DNA from: a virus
Direction: 5' to 3' (one strand)
DNA: 64,000 bases
IMG/VR virus record: IMGVR_UViG_3300025276_000020
Part shown: positions 25,181 to 36,193 of the stretch, piece by piece
How the letters are laid out: each line of letters begins with the position of its first letter
Numbering within the stretch: the first letter of the stretch is position 1
The notes under the pieces: generated by a model
The model's input: only the letters and a program-made list of their open reading frames with translations
Database searches by the model: none
Told to the model about the DNA's origin: nothing
Made by a program: the position numbers and the translations under genes

Positions 25181-28100
25181 ATGGGCATTAACACAGACTT
25201 AAACGTTGATCCGTACTATGATGACTTTGCTGAAGCAAAACAGTTTAACCGTATTCTGTTTAAACCAGCGAAGGCAGTTCAAGCACGTGAATTAACACAA
25301 TTACAAACTATTCTCCAAAAGCAGGTTGAACGCTTTGGCTCAAACATCTATAAGGAAGGTACGATTGTTACCGGTATTAATATTACCGCTCGTCCTGACA
25401 TCTTCTATGTTAAGCTAAATGACCAAGCAGACTTTACGGATCCTACAATCTTTGATCAGACTGGTAAAGTGACATACACTGTTACCGGCGGAACATCTAA
25501 GCTTGTTGCTAATATCTTTAAAGGCGAGAATGGTTTTCAAACTCAAGATCCTAATCTTAAAACTTTTTATGTCAACTACATCGGCTATGATGGAACTCAG
25601 TCTGCAACAACAGACGTTAAAGAGTTTCAGCAAGGTGAAGTTCTAACTGTCAAGGTTGCTAGTGTAGCTGATTCAGCGTCAGCAACTCTTTACGGTGCTG
25701 TAGGCACAACTGTCAAAACCGTTACTGTCGCTACTGTGTCTGCCCACGCAGGAAGATCGTTCGGTGTTACTTGTGAAGAAGGTGTTCTATATCAGAAGGG
25801 TCACTTCATCTTTGTTACTGCACAGTCAATCATTGTTTCTAAGTACTCGACTATTCCTGGTAATGTGTCTGTTGGTTTTACAATCAATGAAAACATTATC
25901 ACATCTGGTCTAGACTCAACTCTATTAGACAATGCCGCTGGATTCAATAACGAGAATGCTCCTGGTGCTGATAGACTTAAATTAGTTCCTACTCTCATCG
26001 TATACACAACTGCTACAGAGCCTGAAGAATTCTTTGCACTCATTAGATATGTTGATGGTAACCCTGTACGTATTCGTACTGAGACACAGTTCAACTCTAT
26101 CTCTGATGAAATGGCACGTAGAACATATGATGAATCTGGAAACTATATCACGAACGGATTGAATGTCACAGTAGAGCAAATAGCAGGCAGTGCATACGCT
26201 GTTGTTGCTCCTGGTAAAGCATACGTATTCGGTAACGAAGTACGAAACATTTCTTCTAGAAAGATTTTAATTAATCCTACAACTCTAACACAGTCTAAGA
26301 CGAATCAACATACTGGCGTATCTTACGGACAATATCATACCTATAATCATACAACTGGTCAAATAGTAGATAAGTTTGCCACAGACGGCACAAGATATGC
26401 GCTGTATAACGGCTCAACTAATATTGGATCATGTTCAGTATCTAACATTACTCCTGGTAAAATCTTTGTCTACGCTGTAGTAAAAGCTTCGACAAAAGAG
26501 AATACTGTTATTACTAAAATTGCTAACACCACTCTGACAAACTCTGGAGAATTATTCGGCGCTAATAGTGGTGGTAAAATATTCGATGCTGGTAAATCGA
26601 ATCTGGCTTCTACATCTGCCGTTAAGTTCACACAGAGAATAAGACTTGCAGTTGCTGATAGCACCACTCACACAATCAGCGCAACAAGCACACACAGCCC
26701 TATATCAAACTCATCAATATTTGCTGTAAAATCTGACAACACTGTGATAGCACTTCAATCATCAGGTTATACAGGAAGCGATGTTGATGTAGTGTTAGCC
26801 GCTTCTGGATCCGAGTTCTTATATTACGATGCAATAGTATCTGGTACAAGCGAAGATGGTTTACAAGAACTAGACGTTTACGTGAAGTCAACTTGGTCTA
26901 ACGGTCAAGCAACTATAGGTCTACCCAATGCGATCAAGCTATTAGAAGTTATAGATGATGATGGCGCAGGCGCTGACGTAACAGGAAAGTTTAGACTTGT
27001 AAATAACCAAAATGATAACTTCTACGGAATATCATATATCACAACTAAGTCGGGTGCAACTGTATCCAACAACAATCTCAGGATTAAAGTTAAGGTACTG
27101 AAGAGAACTTCTAACTTGGGTAGTGGATACATTTCAAGTTCAAGCTACAATACTGTTTCTAGTAAAAATCTTATACAGAATTATGTGGGTAAGAACGGCG
27201 TTACTTATACTTTAATAGACAGCTTTGACTTCAGACCATATCTCAGCCCAGTTGTATCGTATGCTGTAGGCATCTCGGGTGCACCTTCGGCTTCTGTCGT
27301 AGCGACAACAGTAGTTTTAGGAGTTCAGCCATCTAACGATAGCTCGATTACATCAACCCAGTCTTACTACATGTCTAGAATGGATAGCGTGGTAATAGAT
27401 GAGTTGGGAGACATCACGCTATATGAAGGCGGTGAAGCAGAGAATCCTAGTATACCTAAACTTCAAGGGTTATATGCAATTAACAATATATTTGTGCCTG
27501 GAAATATAACGACAGTATCAGGTAACAATAGAATAAAACTTTCAGACGTATCGAATAAAAACTATACGATGAAACAGATAGGAGCTATTGAAGATAAGAT
27601 TGATAGGCTTGTCGATCTAGTATCATTGAGTTTGCTAGAGACAAACGCTAAAGACTTTTATATCGATGATGGATCAGGTAGTAATAGATTTAAGAATGGA
27701 ATATTGGTAGATGCATTCAAAGGAATGCAGAACGCCGCTCTAGCTGACCCAGAATTTAAGGCAGCGGTTGATAAGACAAGAACAATTGCCTCTCCTTCTG
27801 TGATGCAATTCCCAGTTGATCTAAAGGTTGGAGCATCTAGTGGTGCTAACAGCTTTAAAGATATCGTAACTTTAGCAGATACTGGCACAAGGGTCACGAT
27901 GATCTCACAGCCATATGCAACTAACTTTAGAAACTGTGTATCAAACTACTACAGCTATGATGGCAAGGCTGCGATCAGTCCTCCTTTTGACGCAGGGTAT
28001 GACGTAGTTCAGAATCCAGCGATCAATATAGAGATAGACGTTGCTGGACCAATATTAGACTTGATTGATAATCTTCAAGAGTTTGTTCCTCTGACAAACG

Positions 28101-30367
28101 AGACTTCTACGTCTAGTTCTAGTGGCGTTACAACTCGAAATCCTGCTGGCGGTCTGACACAGACTACTACTACAAACACTACTACACAAACAAGTGTCTT
28201 AACAAGCGCCACCTCTTCGTTGACCGAAACCGTAGGTAATTTCGTCACTGACATTTCAATGACTCCTTATATACAGTCTAGAGAAATGAAGATACTGGTA
28301 ACAGGTCTACGTCCTAACGTCAGACACTACTTTTATTTTGAAGAGCAAGACATCAATGCCCACGTTTTTCCTGCATCAGTCAATTCTACAGTAGTAGGAT
28401 CTGGCACAGAGTACAACGTAGAAGATGTTGAGATTAATGGAATTCTAGGCGCATCTGTGCGAACTGATTCAGAGGGTACGCTATCAGCAGTCTTCGTTAT
28501 TCCTGAAGGAAAGTTCTTCGTAGGCGAATCAACTCTAGAGATAGCAGATGTTAGTCAATACAGTAGTATAACTTCAGCTAAGACTTCTTACAGTAAAGCA
28601 ATATACAGAGCTTACAACTTCTCTATAGGCAAGTCCGAGTTAAGTACGACTACTCGTACAATTGATTTTGATGTTGAGACTAGTATTTCACGTAGAAGTA
28701 TTCAGAGAGACAGAAATTTTGATCCGATTGCACAGACCTTTGTAGTTCGTGCATCTCAAACATCTGGAGCATCAGTCGCTTTCATTAGTGACCTAGACTT
28801 ATTCTTTAATACCAAGTCTACGACCACAGGCATCACTGTTGATATTCGAGAAGTTATTAATGGATATCCTTCTAGCGTAGTTTTACCTTTTGGTAGAAAA
28901 CATCTTAGATCGGATCAGGTAGCAGTATCGGCAGACGGATCTGCTGTAACAACTGTTACATTCAAAAATCCTGTTAAGCTTCAAGTAGAAAAAGAATATT
29001 GCTTTGTTGTTATTCCAGATCAGAATTCTCCCGACTACTTAATCTACACGTCTAAGGTTGGTGGTAATGACTTAGCTTCAGGATCTGCAATCACAAACGA
29101 TTGGGGTGATGGAGTACTATTCACATCTACTAATGACAGCGCATGGAAATCTTATCAAGACGAAGATATTAAATTCAAGTTGAAAAGATATCAATTCCAA
29201 TCAGCGGCAGGTTACGTAGACTTAGAACCTAACGATATGGAATTCTTATCTATAACTGGAACAACTCTTTCTTTCAGAAATGACGAATTGGCATATGTTC
29301 AGAAAACAACACAGTACTCAGCTGGAGTCACAGCAAGAGCATTGACCATTACCGGCGGAAGCGCATTCTCTATAGGAGATTATGTTCTTCTCGTAGACGG
29401 CTCTAACAAGTTCTTATCTGAAATTGTGGGAGCTACTAATAGTGGAGCAAACTTGACATTGAGAACTCCTTATAATTTAACAGCGACTACTTCAGCGACA
29501 GCATACTTTGCGGTAGCTGGCAGAGTTTCTTACTTCAACAGTAGAGATGATGCAAGATTATTCTTACGCAAGAGTTCTGCGACAGCAACAAATTTCATTG
29601 TACCTACTGATGTTATAAGAGGATACTCAACTGGAGCATATGCAACTGTGGGAACTATTGACAATGAAGATATCTCATATTTTCAACCACAGGTATTTAC
29701 CAATAACTCTATCAAGACATCTACTAGTCTTACTCTATATAATGGATCAGTAATCGATAAGAGTATAGAAGATAATGGAAACGTCTACACGACAAATCTG
29801 CCTAGAAGTCTAAAGAGCTTGAGTAATATTGTTAATCCAAGTCTAAGTGTCACTCAAGATTTTAAGATTAGAGTTGCCATGAAGAACAATGGTTTTCAAA
29901 CGGCTTCTCCTATAGTTGACTCTGACATATCTCTACTCAATGTGTATAAGTATAACATAACAAACACTGCAACAACATCGTCTAATTGGGTAACAAACGA
30001 AGTAATTCTTGCTGAGAAACTTGATGCCGCAGGGTTGAAGGTTCTAGTAAGTGCATTCAGACCAGCTGGCACAATGATCGATGTTTATGCGAGATTTGTT
30101 TATCCTACAAACGTTGATACCCAGAGTGCTTGGATCCAGTTAGTGAATGCTTATCCTGAAATGTATTCTAACCCGTCTAACACTAAAGACTATAGAGAGT
30201 TCGAATATAATCTTTCTGATGAGACTAATGAGTACAGCACTTTTCAAGTGAAGTTTGTGCTAAGACATGCAACTAGTACGGAGATAAACGCAAGTGACCT
30301 AACAGTCACTCCGGCAATTAATATCTTTCCGCACTTGTATGACTACAGAGCGATTGCACTGACATGA
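25181..30367 (+). CDS. VrlC-like / DUF4815 large virion structural protein
   Basis: LNVDPYYDDF..ILFKP..VQARELTQLQ, APGADRLK, ARRTYDESGNY, NRFKNGILVD, DPIAQTF, QDEDIKF. Confidence 0.85.
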   Translation: MGINTDLNVDPYYDDFAEAKQFNRILFKPAKAVQARELTQLQTILQKQVERFGSNIYKEGTIVTGINITARPDIFYVKLNDQADFTDPTIFDQTGKVTYTVTGGTSKLVANIFKGENGFQTQDPNLKTFYVNYIGYDGTQSATTDVKEFQQGEVLTVKVASVADSASATLYGAVGTTVKTVTVATVSAHAGRSFGVTCEEGVLYQKGHFIFVTAQSIIVSKYSTIPGNVSVGFTINENIITSGLDSTLLDNAAGFNNENAPGADRLKLVPTLIVYTTATEPEEFFALIRYVDGNPVRIRTETQFNSISDEMARRTYDESGNYITNGLNVTVEQIAGSAYAVVAPGKAYVFGNEVRNISSRKILINPTTLTQSKTNQHTGVSYGQYHTYNHTTGQIVDKFATDGTRYALYNGSTNIGSCSVSNITPGKIFVYAVVKASTKENTVITKIANTTLTNSGELFGANSGGKIFDAGKSNLASTSAVKFTQRIRLAVADSTTHTISATSTHSPISNSSIFAVKSDNTVIALQSSGYTGSDVDVVLAASGSEFLYYDAIVSGTSEDGLQELDVYVKSTWSNGQATIGLPNAIKLLEVIDDDGAGADVTGKFRLVNNQNDNFYGISYITTKSGATVSNNNLRIKVKVLKRTSNLGSGYISSSSYNTVSSKNLIQNYVGKNGVTYTLIDSFDFRPYLSPVVSYAVGISGAPSASVVATTVVLGVQPSNDSSITSTQSYYMSRMDSVVIDELGDITLYEGGEAENPSIPKLQGLYAINNIFVPGNITTVSGNNRIKLSDVSNKNYTMKQIGAIEDKIDRLVDLVSLSLLETNAKDFYIDDGSGSNRFKNGILVDAFKGMQNAALADPEFKAAVDKTRTIASPSVMQFPVDLKVGASSGANSFKDIVTLADTGTRVTMISQPYATNFRNCVSNYYSYDGKAAISPPFDAGYDVVQNPAINIEIDVAGPILDLIDNLQEFVPLTNETSTSSSSGVTTRNPAGGLTQTTTTNTTTQTSVLTSATSSLTETVGNFVTDISMTPYIQSREMKILVTGLRPNVRHYFYFEEQDINAHVFPASVNSTVVGSGTEYNVEDVEINGILGASVRTDSEGTLSAVFVIPEGKFFVGESTLEIADVSQYSSITSAKTSYSKAIYRAYNFSIGKSELSTTTRTIDFDVETSISRRSIQRDRNFDPIAQTFVVRASQTSGASVAFISDLDLFFNTKSTTTGITVDIREVINGYPSSVVLPFGRKHLRSDQVAVSADGSAVTTVTFKNPVKLQVEKEYCFVVIPDQNSPDYLIYTSKVGGNDLASGSAITNDWGDGVLFTSTNDSAWKSYQDEDIKFKLKRYQFQSAAGYVDLEPNDMEFLSITGTTLSFRNDELAYVQKTTQYSAGVTARALTITGGSAFSIGDYVLLVDGSNKFLSEIVGATNSGANLTLRTPYNLTATTSATAYFAVAGRVSYFNSRDDARLFLRKSSATATNFIVPTDVIRGYSTGAYATVGTIDNEDISYFQPQVFTNNSIKTSTSLTLYNGSVIDKSIEDNGNVYTTNLPRSLKSLSNIVNPSLSVTQDFKIRVAMKNNGFQTASPIVDSDISLLNVYKYNITNTATTSSNWVTNEVILAEKLDAAGLKVLVSAFRPAGTMIDVYARFVYPTNVDTQSAWIQLVNAYPEMYSNPSNTKDYREFEYNLSDETNEYSTFQVKFVLRHATSTEINASDLTVTPAINIFPHLYDYRAIALT

Positions 30368-30549
30368 GTATGGAAGCAACATTCGAAAGACGTGAATCAG
30401 GAATAGTCAACACTGATGTTTCTGCATTTCGTTCAGCTAAAGCCAGAATAGAACAGACCAAGTTTATCAAATCTATGGAGCAACGCATATATAAATTAGA
30501 GTGTGCGGTAGAATCGCTACAACAAACATGTAAAGAGAAATCGAAATGA
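30364..30549 (+). CDS. Small hypothetical coiled-coil protein
   Basis: ATGA-coupled on both sides. Confidence 0.7.
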   Translation: MSMEATFERRESGIVNTDVSAFRSAKARIEQTKFIKSMEQRIYKLECAVESLQQTCKEKSK

Positions 30550-31835
30550 GCATAACATTATCCCAAATCACAAACGAAAATACTTTTGGTATCTGGAAAG
30601 ATAGAACAAACGCTATCATCACCGGTCTAGGAACTGTTGTAACTCTCGGAGATACTGCCGCAAACAATACAGGCAATATCGCTTTGACTGGTAATGTAAC
30701 TGCTGGAGGCAAACTTGTCTCAAACACTATAGACTCGGTGAACGGCACTTTGATAACAGTTGACGATAACGTTCATATTAAAGGCTACCTAGACCTAAAC
30801 TCCCAGTCTTCTGGCACAGCTTCAGCATTGAACATGAAGAATAACGGAACACTTACTTGGGTAATGACAACTAGTGCCAATCACGCAGATTTATTATTTA
30901 AAAATGGACTAAAAGTTCTTCAAATTGATGGCGATGGAGTGGACGCTTCTACTGCAAGCTTGACTGGTACGAATATCAAAATAGATAACTCTATTTTACC
31001 AACTACCCTTACACAAAACACAAGTGGTAATGCCGCAACAGCATCACAATGGGCAACAGGAAGATTAGTAACTTTTGCAGGTGGCGATGTCACTGGATCA
31101 TTTACTATCGATGGATCCGCTGCCGTTCCTGACATTGCATTGACTGTAGCAAATAATAGCCACACTCACCTAGCCGCTAACATCACAGACTTAAGTACAG
31201 CTTTATCTGGTTATGCTCTTAAATCTGGAGCCAGTTTTGTAGGTGCAAACGGAGTTATCAAAGTAGGATACAACGATTACATTCAACTCGGTGGGATCGC
31301 TGGATCAGGCGGCGCAGGCAGTGGGATCGGTGAAGCTTATATTAAATATGGATCAAGTATAGGTGGTAGTCCCAGGTTACTAACAATAGGTCTAACCCCA
31401 ACTGGCACTCCTAGTACTACACCAGCTGGTATGATACTTGAGTTACAGGGTAAGAGTTTGAGTATTAGAAATAATGATGCTATTGTGATTGCTATGGATG
31501 GAACAGCTGGCAGCATCACAACGATTGGCGACATCACAGCATTCGGCTCTTTCTCCGATCGAAGACTGAAAGAAAATATTGTTAAGATTGAAAATCCTTT
31601 AGATAAAATATTGCAGATTTCTGGATACACATTTAACTATATTGGTGATGATAAGCCTATGACTGGTGTGATCGCACAAGAAATCGAAGAAGTTTTACCT
31701 GAGGTTGTTTATGAGACAGAAGCAATCGATGGCACGTCAGCTAAAGCTGTAAGACATGGAAACATAGTTGGACTTCTCATAGAGGCAATTAAAGAACTTA
31801 AGGCGGAAGTCGAAGAACTCAAGAAGGATAAGTAG
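30546..31835 (+). CDS. Tail fibre with a C-terminal intramolecular chaperone (peptidase S74)
   Basis: NTFGIWKDRTN N-terminus; SDRRLKENI...GYTFNY...GVIAQEIEEVLPE...LLIEAIKEL. Confidence 0.9.
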   Translation: MSITLSQITNENTFGIWKDRTNAIITGLGTVVTLGDTAANNTGNIALTGNVTAGGKLVSNTIDSVNGTLITVDDNVHIKGYLDLNSQSSGTASALNMKNNGTLTWVMTTSANHADLLFKNGLKVLQIDGDGVDASTASLTGTNIKIDNSILPTTLTQNTSGNAATASQWATGRLVTFAGGDVTGSFTIDGSAAVPDIALTVANNSHTHLAANITDLSTALSGYALKSGASFVGANGVIKVGYNDYIQLGGIAGSGGAGSGIGEAYIKYGSSIGGSPRLLTIGLTPTGTPSTTPAGMILELQGKSLSIRNNDAIVIAMDGTAGSITTIGDITAFGSFSDRRLKENIVKIENPLDKILQISGYTFNYIGDDKPMTGVIAQEIEEVLPEVVYETEAIDGTSAKAVRHGNIVGLLIEAIKELKAEVEELKKDK

Positions 31836-31837
31836 AG

Positions 31838-33124
31838 ATGGCTGTAAAGTCTTTTGATCCAGATAACAATCCAGCAACAGCTCCGCCTTCATTAGCACTA
31901 TCTGAAGTTGCATCCGAGTTTGGAGATCCTATAAAGGATTCCGGAGCCGCATCTAATACTGGGCATAAGATGAGCGAGTTCTATAGAGACGGCGCCTACG
32001 TTCCATCAAATTCGCCTTCTACCAATGCAGGCGTTTATGTAACAGAATCCTTAAGAGTACCTAATACTGTTCTATTAGCAGGCAGTCCAGCGTATGCCTA
32101 TCCTGGTGGATATCCACGTGATGAAATTATTGTCATTGATGTTGGCAATGAAGGCGGACAAGGTGGTGGCGTCACAACAGAATTGTATCAGCCTTCACTT
32201 AATGGCGACCCATTCTACGTTAGAGTTTTGAATATAAATCGTTATAGAGCAGGGTTCCCAAATAATGGCGAAGTGAAATTTGTTTGGGGCACAAACATAG
32301 AAATAAATGTGACAGGTTTAGGGTTTGCAGGGCATTTGATTACACGTCCAGAGTATGAGGGGTTTATTTACTCAATATCATTTGAAATGTCACAGATCCC
32401 TGAGCTTGGAAATACAGGTTATAATACAGAATACTTATACCACCCGATTATGAGGAAACCAGTTGCGGCAGATGCAGAAGTTAATGATGATGTTCCCACA
32501 AGTGGTCCAATAAGCTTCTCTCAACTATATAGTAGTCAACAAGCAATAGTACGAACAATTACTGTACCTGCATTAGAGGTCAATAATCTTGAGAGTCAAA
32601 GAGGAGTCGAGGCTGGTGGGCTAGAGGGCGATCTATTCGGATCAGGAAAAAGGGGTAGTTGGCCAGGAATAGCGTCAGGCGCACCCAACGCTGTATTGAA
32701 AAGAGTTAGTTTTAATATAGGATTTAATTCTAAGATGACTGTTACGGCAAGTGGCGGTGTTGTGCCTGTTGAAATTAGAGGAAGTAGGCTTCAAAATAAT
32801 GGAAACATGCAATCTCTTTCTATACGAGCTCCAGGCTGGAGAATAATTAGTCCTACTGGAGGTGTAGTTCTAGAAAGCAAAGCCGAAACTCTTACAAGCA
32901 TCGGGACATACACGTCAGCAAATGGAGGCCAAAATGCCTCACCATTGGCTACTGGTAATATTCCAACAGCAACAGTGGATAATCTAACAGAAAAAGGCGT
33001 ATATTATTTAGAGTTCGTTGCTCAAGTGCAAAATGACCAAACTGTCGGTCCCACACCAGAATTTTTAAATGTTGGAATTTACTGGAAAACACCAGCATTT
33101 GATATAAAGATAGAGACAACTTAA
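31838..33124 (+). CDS. Fibre-associated tip/adhesin-like protein
   Basis: LALSEVASEFG..MSEFYRDGAYVP and VPTSGPISFSQLY motifs typical of genes following S74 fibres. Confidence 0.55.
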   Translation: MAVKSFDPDNNPATAPPSLALSEVASEFGDPIKDSGAASNTGHKMSEFYRDGAYVPSNSPSTNAGVYVTESLRVPNTVLLAGSPAYAYPGGYPRDEIIVIDVGNEGGQGGGVTTELYQPSLNGDPFYVRVLNINRYRAGFPNNGEVKFVWGTNIEINVTGLGFAGHLITRPEYEGFIYSISFEMSQIPELGNTGYNTEYLYHPIMRKPVAADAEVNDDVPTSGPISFSQLYSSQQAIVRTITVPALEVNNLESQRGVEAGGLEGDLFGSGKRGSWPGIASGAPNAVLKRVSFNIGFNSKMTVTASGGVVPVEIRGSRLQNNGNMQSLSIRAPGWRIISPTGGVVLESKAETLTSIGTYTSANGGQNASPLATGNIPTATVDNLTEKGVYYLEFVAQVQNDQTVGPTPEFLNVGIYWKTPAFDIKIETT

Positions 33125-33142
33125 TATCCGTCTAGCAATAAC

Positions 33143-33150
33143 TATAAATA
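33143..33150 (+). promoter_or_regulatory. T4 late promoter
   Basis: Intergenic TATAAATA. Confidence 0.8.
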
Positions 33151-33183
33151 AGATTAGATAACAAACATTAAAGGCAACAGAAG

Positions 33184-36100
33184 ATGACCATAAAATTTAG
33201 CGGATTAGATGCGATTACGATACCAGCAAATGCTGATCTCTTTGCCTTGTCCGATACTTCAGAAACAGCAACTAAGAAGATTACGTTTGCTAATCTTAAA
33301 ACGTCTATCATCGATGCTAGTACGTTCTCAGCCTCTGGTCCTAATATACCTCTAATCATCACTGGATTAAATGCTTACGATGCTGGTACGGGTAACTCAC
33401 TTAAAGCTTCACAGTTATACTCTGGTGGTGCATATAGAGATGCTTCATACTTCTTAACATACGCTAACATTGCTGGAACACCTACTGTACCATCAGATGT
33501 AAAAGATTTAACCAACACTACCGGATACGTAAGATTTCAAGGAGCTGTAGCAAACTCGGGCAATGGACTTGTTTGGAGTGGCGCAGGGGCTAATAATACT
33601 GGTAACTCATCAACGATATCTACTAGTAATATACCAGAAGGTACAAATCAATATTACACTCTTGCTAGAGGAGCTGAAGCTGTAGTAGCTAATTTCGGCA
33701 CACAGTTCAATATCTATAACAGCACTTTTGACAAAGGTGATGTGAGAGATAGTCTCGATGCAGAGGCAGCAACATTCATAAACACTCAAGTCACTGACGG
33801 ACAGAATCAATCTAAGACTTTGCGCTTTGCCGCTGGTAGCTATGCTAAGAAAGCCAACTACGCTAAAGATCAAGTTCTAAGACTTTACGGAGCATCTACA
33901 CTGTTTGCCTCTGACGCAATAGCAACATCATTCTCTGTTACTGTTACAGGCTTTGCAACAACTAGCGGCACTTCTAAGCCTGGCACAGGCGGTGTGATCA
34001 GCTATAGTTATAAGATTGCAGAGTTTGATGTAGTCACTGGAGAAATATCAGCGGCTTCTGCGGCGATTGTTAAGCCTATAGGAGTTCCAACAACTTCTGG
34101 AGCAAGTACAGTTGCTGGAGCATTCAATGCATCAGTGTTTAACAAATTATTATTCTCTAGTGTACCTGCTGATAAAGGTGTACTCGTATACAGACAGATA
34201 GCGTCTGGTGGATACGAACTCACAGCAGTTCTTGGAAGAAAAGAAATGGACGCTGGATATTGGATAGACTATCAAGCATTCGATTTCACAGCGTGGTCTG
34301 GAAAAGATGTTGTCACAAACACATATACTAGCATTACTCATTTCCCACTAACACCTCCTAGCACTTCTAGAAGAGGTTGGGTAGACAAAACTATAACGTC
34401 TGTAGTAGATAACGGTGGAACATTCGATGTTATCGTAGACGATTTTGTATTCGTCAATACAGGCAATACCGTTCAAGTGTCACATAATGATACACAAATT
34501 ATACAATCAGCTATCAACTCAAACGCCGCTGTCGGTAAAAAGAGTATCGTGCTTAACGCAAAAACTTATAACTCTTCACAAATATCTATGCCTAATAACT
34601 TTGGACTAGTGGGTACATCATACATCACTAAGCTTAAGAAGTTAGCTTGGTCAGGAGGAGAAGCTGGTGCGGTAAACGCTAAGTTCATCAGATCAGCGGC
34701 AGCAACTGGAGCTACTTCACTGTCTATAGTGGGATTAGATATCGAAGGTAATGCTCCTAATCAATTTTTATTCCCAGATGATACTACAAAAAACGCTAAC
34801 TATCTCTTAGATTTTGGAATTAACTGTAGCTCACTATTATTAGACAGAGTTCGTATTAATAATGCAGTAGCTGGTGGAGTCTGGGCAACATCACCTATTG
34901 AGATGAAGATGAATACCAGTGAGATCATAAACAGTGGGACATCAGATAGATACAGCTATTCTCCTCTAGTTGCTGACTTCGGTCAAGACACTATGATCGT
35001 GGGTAATAGATTTCAGAACTACACAAACTATCTCGATACTTCTGTAACCAATAAAGGTATTGTTGCCAACAACGTCATCAATAACTGTGGTAGTGGATTG
35101 TTTGTTTACGGATCAGTATTCTTTATATCATCGCCCAATGTTTTAATGGGACCAGCACAAGAGTTCTTACCAACTCCAGATATCCTCAACTCAGAGTACG
35201 ACTTGATTAACATCGATCTAAGCTCTGCGGCAGGATCAAACTCTGTATACAATAGTCCTATACACGTCTATCAAGAAGACGGCGCAATATTTGACCTGTC
35301 TACAACGGCAGGATCAATAGTGAATGTAGAATATAGAGCATTCTATCTATCGAAGACTGCCGGAGGTGTTGAAGAGATTTACGGCACTACAACAAATTCA
35401 GGTTCGTTCGTTATCGGTAAGAGATACACAATTCTTACTGAAGGAAACACAACTCAGGCTAACTGGAATAAAGCCGCAGGCACAGGTGGTTCTAATGGCA
35501 CCACAACGACAGGAATACCTTTGCCAGCAAGAACTTACTCTGTAGGAGATGATTTCATAGCGGCTACAGTAGGCACAGGTGGATCAGGTATGGGTACAGC
35601 AACTAGTGGCGGTGTTGATACTATAGTAATCAACGATAGACCAGGCGATGCAACTAGAGCTAACGGAGAATTTGCCTTTCAGATTCCATCAGCAACGGTG
35701 CAAGCAATTAAAACAGCAAATGGAGCATACTCGTACTCTACACTGAAAGCGGCTAACACTCTACATGTAGGAATAGGTTGGACAGCATCTCAGAGAACAG
35801 AAGTTGCCGCCGGCACTATAAGTACTGCTGCCGGGGCTTGGTTTGTCGATTCTAATAATGGGGTAAACAACAACCCTCTAACAACAAGTAACGACGGGAC
35901 TAGTCCAACATACAGAATTAGTGTTACGAATCTTAAGTACCTAGCTATAGGACAGAAGGTTAAATTCAAAGATCATACAGGTTTCGCTAATCCTGGAGGT
36001 ATAACAACAGGAACAGTAAAAACAATAACTACCAATAGCGCAGGTATTTCGGTTATAGAAATTCAATTCGTGGGTGCCGGTGGTGGAGAAGTCAACTCAG

Positions 36101-36192
36101 CATCTTTGAGTGCGGGTTTAGTTCCAAGCACAGCAGGCGGAACAATAAATATAATCGATACCTTTGTGATGGCACAAGGAAGGATAATCTAA
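33184..36192 (+). CDS. Virion structural protein with a right-handed beta-helix (pectin-lyase-like) region
   Basis: HNDTQIIQSAIN..., IVGNRFQN, IVANNVINNCGSG; TSNIPEGTNQYYT fibre motif. Confidence 0.65.
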   Translation: MTIKFSGLDAITIPANADLFALSDTSETATKKITFANLKTSIIDASTFSASGPNIPLIITGLNAYDAGTGNSLKASQLYSGGAYRDASYFLTYANIAGTPTVPSDVKDLTNTTGYVRFQGAVANSGNGLVWSGAGANNTGNSSTISTSNIPEGTNQYYTLARGAEAVVANFGTQFNIYNSTFDKGDVRDSLDAEAATFINTQVTDGQNQSKTLRFAAGSYAKKANYAKDQVLRLYGASTLFASDAIATSFSVTVTGFATTSGTSKPGTGGVISYSYKIAEFDVVTGEISAASAAIVKPIGVPTTSGASTVAGAFNASVFNKLLFSSVPADKGVLVYRQIASGGYELTAVLGRKEMDAGYWIDYQAFDFTAWSGKDVVTNTYTSITHFPLTPPSTSRRGWVDKTITSVVDNGGTFDVIVDDFVFVNTGNTVQVSHNDTQIIQSAINSNAAVGKKSIVLNAKTYNSSQISMPNNFGLVGTSYITKLKKLAWSGGEAGAVNAKFIRSAAATGATSLSIVGLDIEGNAPNQFLFPDDTTKNANYLLDFGINCSSLLLDRVRINNAVAGGVWATSPIEMKMNTSEIINSGTSDRYSYSPLVADFGQDTMIVGNRFQNYTNYLDTSVTNKGIVANNVINNCGSGLFVYGSVFFISSPNVLMGPAQEFLPTPDILNSEYDLINIDLSSAAGSNSVYNSPIHVYQEDGAIFDLSTTAGSIVNVEYRAFYLSKTAGGVEEIYGTTTNSGSFVIGKRYTILTEGNTTQANWNKAAGTGGSNGTTTTGIPLPARTYSVGDDFIAATVGTGGSGMGTATSGGVDTIVINDRPGDATRANGEFAFQIPSATVQAIKTANGAYSYSTLKAANTLHVGIGWTASQRTEVAAGTISTAAGAWFVDSNNGVNNNPLTTSNDGTSPTYRISVTNLKYLAIGQKVKFKDHTGFANPGGITTGTVKTITTNSAGISVIEIQFVGAGGGEVNSASLSAGLVPSTAGGTINIIDTFVMAQGRII

Positions 36193-36193
36193 T

